Positions 56,584-62,743 of a stretch of DNA of 62,743 nucleotides are shown here, one piece after another. The position numbers and the translations under genes were made by a program. The notes beneath the pieces were generated by a model. That model did no database searches and was not told the origin of the DNA. It worked only from the letters and a program-made list of their open reading frames with translations. The stretch lies in assembly GCA_964478775.1 (NCBI GenBank), contig CAYZJC010000005.1:8848-71590 (forward strand), written 5' to 3'. Each line of letters opens with the position of its first letter. Within the stretch, counting starts at the first letter, position 1. This DNA comes from an uncultured Verrucomicrobiales bacterium. GTDB taxonomy: Bacteria; Pseudomonadota; Alphaproteobacteria; Paracaedibacterales; CAIOTO01.

Positions 56584-58422
56584 CTAAGCAGGGTCGTTGC
56601 TCTGCTTTTGACTTTTCTTTTTAGCGTCTTCCTTCTTTGCTTCCTCTACGTCGTCTGTAGATTCCTCTAACTTAATTGGCAGATAAATCGTATCGTTCCC
56701 ACGAGAGACCAGAAGCAAAGCTGTTTTTCCACCTGATTTTTTAGCTTCCTTAATTGCTTTTTCAATTTCAGCTTTAAATTTTTGAACTGTATCTACAGAA
56801 ACTTGGTTCACTTGCCTGATGATATCCCCCACATTGAGGCCTGCATCTTCTGCATTTCCAAGTGGTGATCTGTCAACGACCATGACTCCTGTAATACCTT
56901 GCTTTGCATGTTCAGGTGTAATGGCTCCTAACTTCATACCTAAAATTTCTACGGTGTCTGTTCCTGGAACTGAACCACCGGCAACAGATGACTTGCTTTC
57001 CAGCTTACCTTCTTTAAGGGCTTCTTCATATTCACCAATTTTAACCTTTAAGGTTACATTGCCTTCACCTTTACGGTATACCTTTACAACAACAGTAGAA
57101 TTAATTTCCGATTCACCAACCAAGCGTGTGATACGGTTTTGTTCATTAATGGTTTTTCCATTAAATTCAAATACGATATCTCCAGCTTTCATTCCACCTT
57201 TTTCAGCAGGTCCGCCTGGGGTTAAGTCCATCACAATGTCACCTTGTCCTTTAAGACCAAGACTTGACAATGCCTCTTCTGTTAAGTGCTGAACACGTAC
57301 ACCCAGCCAGCCACGCTTTGTTCTGCCAAATTGAATGAGTTGATCAACGGTTCGTTTGGCTACCCCAGCGGGTGTTGCAAACCCAACACCAACGTTTCCA
57401 CCAGAAGGCGATAAGATGGCGGTGTTTACACCCAATACTCTTCCATTCATGTCGAGTAGGCAGCCACCAGAGTTACCCATGTTAATTTGTGCACTGTGTT
57501 GAATATAGTCATCCACATAGCTGTTGGCTTTTCCACGACCAGGGGTTAGCAAGTCTCTGCCTTTACTAGAAATAATACCATTGGTGACTGAACTTCCAAG
57601 GCCAAATGGGTTTCCAATAGCAATGACCCATTCCCCAATTCTGGCTTCCTCTGCATTTGCCCATTCCAGTGGTTTAATTTTCTTATTTTTATCAGACAAG
57701 CTTGAGATTTTAATTTTTAACACTGCAATGTCAGTTCTTTCATCGGAACCGTGTAGCTGCGCATCTACTTCTGTTTTGTCATTCAAAAAGACAGTGATTT
57801 TTTTAGCTTCAGCAATCACGTGGTGGTTAGTTACGATATACATCACGTCTTTTGTGGCGCCAATAATAAAGCCAGACCCTAAAGATTGTACTTTACGTGG
57901 GGCTTCATTATGCCCATGTGGTACCATAAAGTCACGAAAGAGTTCTTCAAGTGGGTTTCCACTGCCTGAAAAGCGTTGGCTTTCACCATTGCTTTGGGCT
58001 TTTGGGTCCACAATTTGTGTCGTGGCAATGTTAACAACGGCTGGCAATGATTGTTCAGCGATATCTGCAAAGCATTTTAAAAAGCTATGTTCGCTTTGCG
58101 TAGATACATGGCTTTGCGTAGTGATTTTTTCTTCTACAACTTTTGGTGCTGTGGGGGCTGTAACTTCTGGCTTTTCTTCTGGCTGTTGTGTTTTTACTTC
58201 AACCTTACTCTCATCTGCATCTTCGGTGGCTTCTTTGGTTTCCTTTGTTGGTTCATTATCCTTTTTTCCAACAAATTTTTCCCACAAAGTCGGTTTTTTT
58301 TCTTTGTTGTTTACTGTTTCCACTTGGGGTGAATGTGAAGTGATTTTCTCAGCCAGAGCAAGATTTGCAAGTGCACTTGAAATTAACAGAGCACTGAAAA
58401 TTTTTTTAAGTTCTAATGTCAT
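56584..58422 (-). CDS. htrA: Periplasmic serine endoprotease DegP/HtrA (Do family, two PDZ domains)
   Basis: The signal is ...SSALANLALA|EK. The catalytic triad contexts are TNHHVI, TDIAVLKI and GNSGGCLLD. Two PDZ-like regions are present. The N-terminal linker and C-terminal tail are E/K/T-rich. Confidence 0.9.
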   Translation of the reverse strand: MTLELKKIFSALLISSALANLALAEKITSHSPQVETVNNKEKKPTLWEKFVGKKDNEPTKETKEATEDADESKVEVKTQQPEEKPEVTAPTAPKVVEEKITTQSHVSTQSEHSFLKCFADIAEQSLPAVVNIATTQIVDPKAQSNGESQRFSGSGNPLEELFRDFMVPHGHNEAPRKVQSLGSGFIIGATKDVMYIVTNHHVIAEAKKITVFLNDKTEVDAQLHGSDERTDIAVLKIKISSLSDKNKKIKPLEWANAEEARIGEWVIAIGNPFGLGSSVTNGIISSKGRDLLTPGRGKANSYVDDYIQHSAQINMGNSGGCLLDMNGRVLGVNTAILSPSGGNVGVGFATPAGVAKRTVDQLIQFGRTKRGWLGVRVQHLTEEALSSLGLKGQGDIVMDLTPGGPAEKGGMKAGDIVFEFNGKTINEQNRITRLVGESEINSTVVVKVYRKGEGNVTLKVKIGEYEEALKEGKLESKSSVAGGSVPGTDTVEILGMKLGAITPEHAKQGITGVMVVDRSPLGNAEDAGLNVGDIIRQVNQVSVDTVQKFKAEIEKAIKEAKKSGGKTALLLVSRGNDTIYLPIKLEESTDDVEEAKKEDAKKKSQKQSNDPA

Positions 58423-58483
58423 AATGTTTTCCCTTAAGGATTTATCTGTTGTCTTTTATTCATAGATTAATTTAAGCAATCAT

Positions 58484-59356
58484 TTAAGATTTTTCTTTTA
58501 AAGTCAAGTACTTGAAAAAGGGGTGGTCCATTGATAAATACATTTGGGTTTGGTCTTTCATCACCTCTTTGTAGGATTCTAACGACCTATAAAAGGCATA
58601 AAAGTCTGGGTCAACTTGGAAAGCTTTGTTGGTAATTTCCATAGCGGTTGCATCGCCCTTACCGCGAAGGCCTTGTGCTTTTTTTTGTGCTTCTGCAATT
58701 AACACGATGCATTCACGGTCGGCACCTGCTCTGACGCCTCTTGCTTTTTCTTCCCCGTCTGCACGGTTCCCTTTAGCTGACCTGATCAAGGTTTGGTTGA
58801 AACGTTCAAACACAGCGGGTCGGTTTTCTTCTGGCAGTTCAGTCCTTACAATGCGAACGTCCACAATTTCAATGCCAATGGGTTTTGCAAGTTGTGCAAT
58901 TGAGACTTGGATTTTTTTCATGATCTCAACACGTTTAGGGCTTAACAAATCGCGCAAGGGAATCTTACCTAAAACGTTTTTAATGCTGCTGGGAATCATG
59001 GCATCGAGGCGAATTTTTGTACCTATTTCGTTTGCAGGTTGAACCCCTTTGTAAAAGGCTAACACATCTGTAATTCTATAGCGTACATACGCATCAACCA
59101 TAAGACGCTTTTTGTCAACCGTCTTTATGTCAATCAAATTAACGGAATCATAGTCTATAACTCGTTTTTCAAAATATTGAACGTCTTGAATGAAAGGCAC
59201 TTTAAATTTAAGGCCTGGTTCCGTATGAACTGTTTTATATTCACCAAATTGCAGTACAATGGCCTGCGTTGTTTGTTCAACAATAAAGATAGAGGACGAT
59301 ACAAAAAAGAGTATTACTGCTGAGAAGATGGAAAAGCGAAGCATGTTTGGTGTCAT
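58484..59356 (-). CDS. hflC: Protease modulator HflC (SPFH/band-7)
   Basis: 290 aa. The N-terminal TM segment is followed by IVEQTTQAIVLQFGEYKTVHTEPGLKFKVPFIQDV. Conserved hflK-hflC-htrA order. Confidence 0.9.
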   Translation of the reverse strand: MTPNMLRFSIFSAVILFFVSSSIFIVEQTTQAIVLQFGEYKTVHTEPGLKFKVPFIQDVQYFEKRVIDYDSVNLIDIKTVDKKRLMVDAYVRYRITDVLAFYKGVQPANEIGTKIRLDAMIPSSIKNVLGKIPLRDLLSPKRVEIMKKIQVSIAQLAKPIGIEIVDVRIVRTELPEENRPAVFERFNQTLIRSAKGNRADGEEKARGVRAGADRECIVLIAEAQKKAQGLRGKGDATAMEITNKAFQVDPDFYAFYRSLESYKEVMKDQTQMYLSMDHPFFKYLTLKEKS

Positions 59357-59428
59357 GATGATAGACTCCCTTGAAGATGTGTTGAAAACCTAGCTGGTAT
59401 TAAAGTAATGAAGAGTGAAGATATGATG

Positions 59429-60814
59429 TTATTGTTTTCCATTTTTACCCCCAGTCGTATCGCCTACAGTAGCTTCACTTGCCTTAACACTGCCTTGTGG
59501 TTGAAGATTTAAGTACGGCACAATGCCTGGTGCGGCTTTAGCATCAACGAGAATCTTGGGTGATTTAGATAAAATACTCTCTAATGTGTCGATGTATAGA
59601 CGGCGGCTAGACACTGTTGGGTTCTTTTTATATTGTTCATAAATAGCTGTGAACCTGTCTGCTTCACCTTGTGCGCGTGCGACAACTTGCTGTGCATAAC
59701 CTTCAGCCTCTTGTGCAATTTTAGAAGCTTCACCACGGGCTTTTGGAACAACTTCTGAACGGTAAGCCTCTGCTTTAATACGAAGACCGTCACCATCTGT
59801 TAAGGAAGCTTGCATATCATTAAATGCTTCTACAACTTCTTTGGGTGGCTCAACACGTTGCAACTCAACTTTCACGATTTGAACACCAATGTTGTATGAG
59901 TCCATTACTTTTTGCAGCATTTCACTGGCCTTTTGTGAAATTTCATCTCGTTCATCAGTTAGGGCAGACAAAGCTTCTGTTTGACCAATGACTTCACGAA
60001 TAATACTTTCCGTTGCCGCTAAAATAGTCATGTCTGGGTTTCTGACGTGAAATAAATAGGAAGGTAGGTCTTTTATTTTCCAAGTGACTGTGTAGCTGAT
60101 ATGAATAATATTTTCATCACCCGTTAAAACAAGGGTTTGGTCTGACTTGTCAGCGGTTGCTCTGGAAATAGAAGTTCTGCCTTCGCTATTCATCACATTG
60201 TTAGCTGAAACGTTTCTGATAATTTCTTGCTCAAAAGGGTAGGGAAGTCTGTATTGTAAACCAGGGCCTACAATTTTTGTAAACTTTCCAAGGCGCATAA
60301 TGGCGGCCATATCGGTTTCTTGAACCCTAAAGATACCTGAGGCTAACCAAAGCCCAAACACAACAACCAAACCAAGCATGACTACGGTTTTATTGATAGG
60401 GGGTTCATTAAACTGGCCTGATCCCAGTGGCCCTCTTGGGCCGTTTGAACCTTTCGCAGACTGTGTGCGATTATAAGATGAGTCGTTGTTTAGCTTGTTT
60501 TTATAATCACCAAATGACTTTGTTATGTCCTGCCACGCAGATTGAGGAGGCGTACTAGCTTTATCCTTTGGCTTTTTTGGTGTGCCTTTATCTGATGATG
60601 CGCCCCAGGGGTTGTCAGCATTCAACGGGTGCACGTTTGTGTTTTCCTTTGACTGACTTTTGTTTGGTTCACTGTCTTTAGGCCCTGTAACGGTGTCACT
60701 GGTGGCTTCCCTTGTGCTTGACCCATTTTCAGTGTCAGACCATGGGTTTACGGTTGTTTCCTCTTGTGATGTCTTATCTTTTTGATCATCTGAATCGGAT
60801 GAATCGTAGTGCAT
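59429..60814 (-). CDS. hflK: Protease modulator HflK (SPFH/band-7) with a long disordered N-terminus
   Basis: 461 aa. It has a ~140-aa S/D/K/P/N-rich N-terminus, a TM segment (VVMLGLVVVFGLWLASGIF), the SPFH core RVQETDMAAIMRLGKFTKIVGPGLQYRLPYPFE and a coiled C-terminus. Confidence 0.9.
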   Translation of the reverse strand: MHYDSSDSDDQKDKTSQEETTVNPWSDTENGSSTREATSDTVTGPKDSEPNKSQSKENTNVHPLNADNPWGASSDKGTPKKPKDKASTPPQSAWQDITKSFGDYKNKLNNDSSYNRTQSAKGSNGPRGPLGSGQFNEPPINKTVVMLGLVVVFGLWLASGIFRVQETDMAAIMRLGKFTKIVGPGLQYRLPYPFEQEIIRNVSANNVMNSEGRTSISRATADKSDQTLVLTGDENIIHISYTVTWKIKDLPSYLFHVRNPDMTILAATESIIREVIGQTEALSALTDERDEISQKASEMLQKVMDSYNIGVQIVKVELQRVEPPKEVVEAFNDMQASLTDGDGLRIKAEAYRSEVVPKARGEASKIAQEAEGYAQQVVARAQGEADRFTAIYEQYKKNPTVSSRRLYIDTLESILSKSPKILVDAKAAPGIVPYLNLQPQGSVKASEATVGDTTGGKNGKQ

Positions 60815-61141
60815 AATTGCCTCGCCTTACTTATCGCAAAATTTATATGCATAAAGTTTTTGTGTTATCTTTATGCTAGTGGTTATTTGAGTATAGGCGA
60901 ATTCCAACCCTCTCACAAGGCCCTGGCTTTTAATTTATTTTAAACTTTTAAACATTTTTGATTATAATATATGAAGTTTTGTATTTTTGTATGCAGCGTT
61001 CGACAAATGCGCAAACATGCGGCGAAAATGATGGCCCTTTTAAAAGCTTTACTTGAGGTTTTATGTTATCTGCCGTACACTTGAGGAAAATAAAAGACAC
61101 TTATTTTTATCACTTTATCTTAACCGGAAGAGAGCTTAGTC

Positions 61142-61699
61142 ATGACACAATATTCCCCACAAGACATCCTTACTAATGAATTTAGCCGCATCATTAACGT
61201 GCACCATGTGGGTGTTGGGAGTCCTGCAACTTGTGCCCATAACGCAAATGAAGAAGAACTGAAAGCGTTGAGTGAACGCTTTGAATATTGCGAAGTTTTA
61301 TCAGCGCAATTTACATGTACCGTCACAGCGCGTGGTAGCTATGCTGTTGACCATGATGTGAAAGGAACCTATAAAGCTATTTTGGTAGATCAAGATGAAC
61401 AAGGTGAAGCCCAAGAGAACATTATTGAGGGTGACTTTGATATTCGTATTGCTTCTTTTGACCAAGAAGAAATGTATGATCATGAAGATTATGATGATTT
61501 AGATATTGAATTTACGCAAGATGGTGCAGTCGATATTGGCGAGATCATATCACAATATATTATTATTGAATATTGTTCGTTGAATTATGATTTTTCTCAA
61601 GAGGATGAGGGGGATGAAGATGATACAGATGCAGATAATACAGATAATGCCAAACGAAACCCGTTTGCAGATCTCGCTACACTGCTGAACCCGAAATAA
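61142..61699 (+). CDS. DUF177 / YceD-family protein
   Basis: 185 aa. The C-terminal half is acidic and ends ...KRNPFADLATLLNPK, the typical YceD NPFA.L..L ending. Confidence 0.7.
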   Translation: MTQYSPQDILTNEFSRIINVHHVGVGSPATCAHNANEEELKALSERFEYCEVLSAQFTCTVTARGSYAVDHDVKGTYKAILVDQDEQGEAQENIIEGDFDIRIASFDQEEMYDHEDYDDLDIEFTQDGAVDIGEIISQYIIIEYCSLNYDFSQEDEGDEDDTDADNTDNAKRNPFADLATLLNPK

Positions 61700-62743
61700 A
61701 TGATTCCATTTTACAAAGCACAATCTTTAGGTAATATCTTTAATGTTGTTGGGTTAGACCAGCTGCCTATATGGATTCAAACCCAATTGAAAGAGGGGTT
61801 TCAAAAAAATAGCTACGAGGATCTTTCTTTTTTTAATGATATTGCCAAGGATATGTGCAGTGCAAAACGGGGTTCTTTATGCGATCAATTATTAGTTGTG
61901 TGGCAGGAAGATGAATACCCCCCACAAAATCCCCCGTCAGATATTATGTCTCAGATAAGTGACTTTACCCATGTTTCGGTTTTGTTCTTTAATGCTGATG
62001 GTTCAATGGCTGAAAGCTGTGGGAATGGGTCGCGTGCGCTTGCTAATATGATAATGCAAGAAGAACAAGTTAATAGTGTTTGTATACATACTGTTGCGGG
62101 TCTTGTGTGGGCATCACACTGAAAAAGAGTTTGCTCTACGCGAAGACGCATTGGCACAAGAAAGAGAAGTTGAGGTTTTCTTTCCTATTCGCAGTATTGA
62201 GCCTTTTCGTCTTAAAAAGCTTGAACTTGCAAAGTCTAAAGAATTTTCAACATCAAAAAAAACAGCTTATGTGGTAGATATGGGAAATCCCCACCTTGTA
62301 ATTATTCATGAGCCAGGCGTTGTAGGTTTGTGGATTGAAATACGCGAAGAGCTTGCAATTGAGGCTGAAAAATTTGGTTTGCAAATTGAAATTGATCAAC
62401 GTTTTGTCAACAGAACAAATGTAGGGTTTGCATCATCCTTAACCGATGAGCAATTAGCCCTTGTCGTTCATGAACGCGGTGCAGGTATCACGCAAGCTTG
62501 TGGTACGGGTGCATTGGCAGCAGCAGTTGCAAAGTGGACACAAGATAATAACAACAATGACATACGCACTAAGACGCATAAACCTATCACAGTCTGCCAA
62601 GCAGGCGGAAATGTTGTTGTAAGTCACTACAAAAACTGGGTAGGGCAATTAGGCCAAGCTAGTGTTGTGTTTAAAGGCGAGTTGTTAGGTAACCGTCAAC
62701 ACAACCCCATCTTTTTAAAAAACTGGAAATGTGTCATGTTGAG
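61700..62743 (+). pseudogene. dapF: Diaminopimelate epimerase split by a 1-nt frameshift near 62108-62125 (or an assembly error); the 3' part runs beyond the window
   Basis: The first-part frame (start 61700) reads MIPFYKAQSLGNIFNVV...FFNADGSMAESCGNGSRALA...CIHTVAGLVWASH and stops at 62120-62122. A second frame, absent from the ORF track, is open from 62055 to the window end. It reads ...TEKEFALRED...YVVDMGNPHLVIIHE...VGFASSL...VVHERGAGITQACGTGALAAAVA. Both catalytic-Cys motifs (CGNG, ACGTG) are intact. Confidence 0.75.

Noticed and set aside
57524-58465. 313-aa plus-strand ORF
   Set aside because: It is entirely antisense to htrA, whose DegP catalytic triad and PDZ motifs are unambiguous. 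The antisense product has a biased S/F/L/C composition and no motifs.
62080-62277. 65-aa ORF in the third frame within dapF
   Set aside because: Both other frames carry recognisable DapF sequence. This frame has no homology features.

Overview
This is a 62.7-kb AT-rich segment (roughly 40% G+C by eye). Its gene content reads like an alphaproteobacterial intracellular or symbiont-type chromosome. That placement is an inference from atpHAGD, hflK-hflC-htrA, a short ProRS, a HIG1-type twin-TM protein and four ankyrin-repeat proteins; the species cannot be determined from the sequence alone.

About 30 recognisable housekeeping genes are present: proS, rlmE, cvpA, mutL, mutS, atpH/A/G/D, glmM, rpiB, ahcY, nuoN, ald, comM, htrA, hflK/C, a frameshifted dapF, a PduO-type adenosyltransferase, a PMM/PGM, a potH-like permease and tRNA-Lys. 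There is also an orphan soluble MCP, a minimal histidine kinase and a late flagellar operon (FlgJ-like rod-binding protein, FlgN-like, flgK, flgL, fliW) preceded by a sigma54-type promoter.

These genes are interleaved with lineage-specific islands encoding about 18 signal-peptide proteins in which I recognise no family. The strongest candidates for something undescribed are:
- A family of four Sec-signal ankyrin proteins that share a C-terminal tail module.
- A roughly 9-kb island (41.3-49.9 kb) with two beta-helical, autotransporter-like proteins that lack a beta-barrel, plus two partner genes.
- A co-directional array (1-5508) of five secreted, extreme low-complexity proteins: histone-H1-like Lys/Pro/Ala, FG-like Gly/Asn, and acidic with a K10 tail.

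One long gene (1..2369, minus strand) and the 3' half of dapF are absent from the supplied ORF track and were found by reading the sequence. I saw no transposase, integrase, CRISPR array, rRNA or known defence system. All product calls rest on by-eye motif recognition and synteny; no database search or structure prediction was possible.
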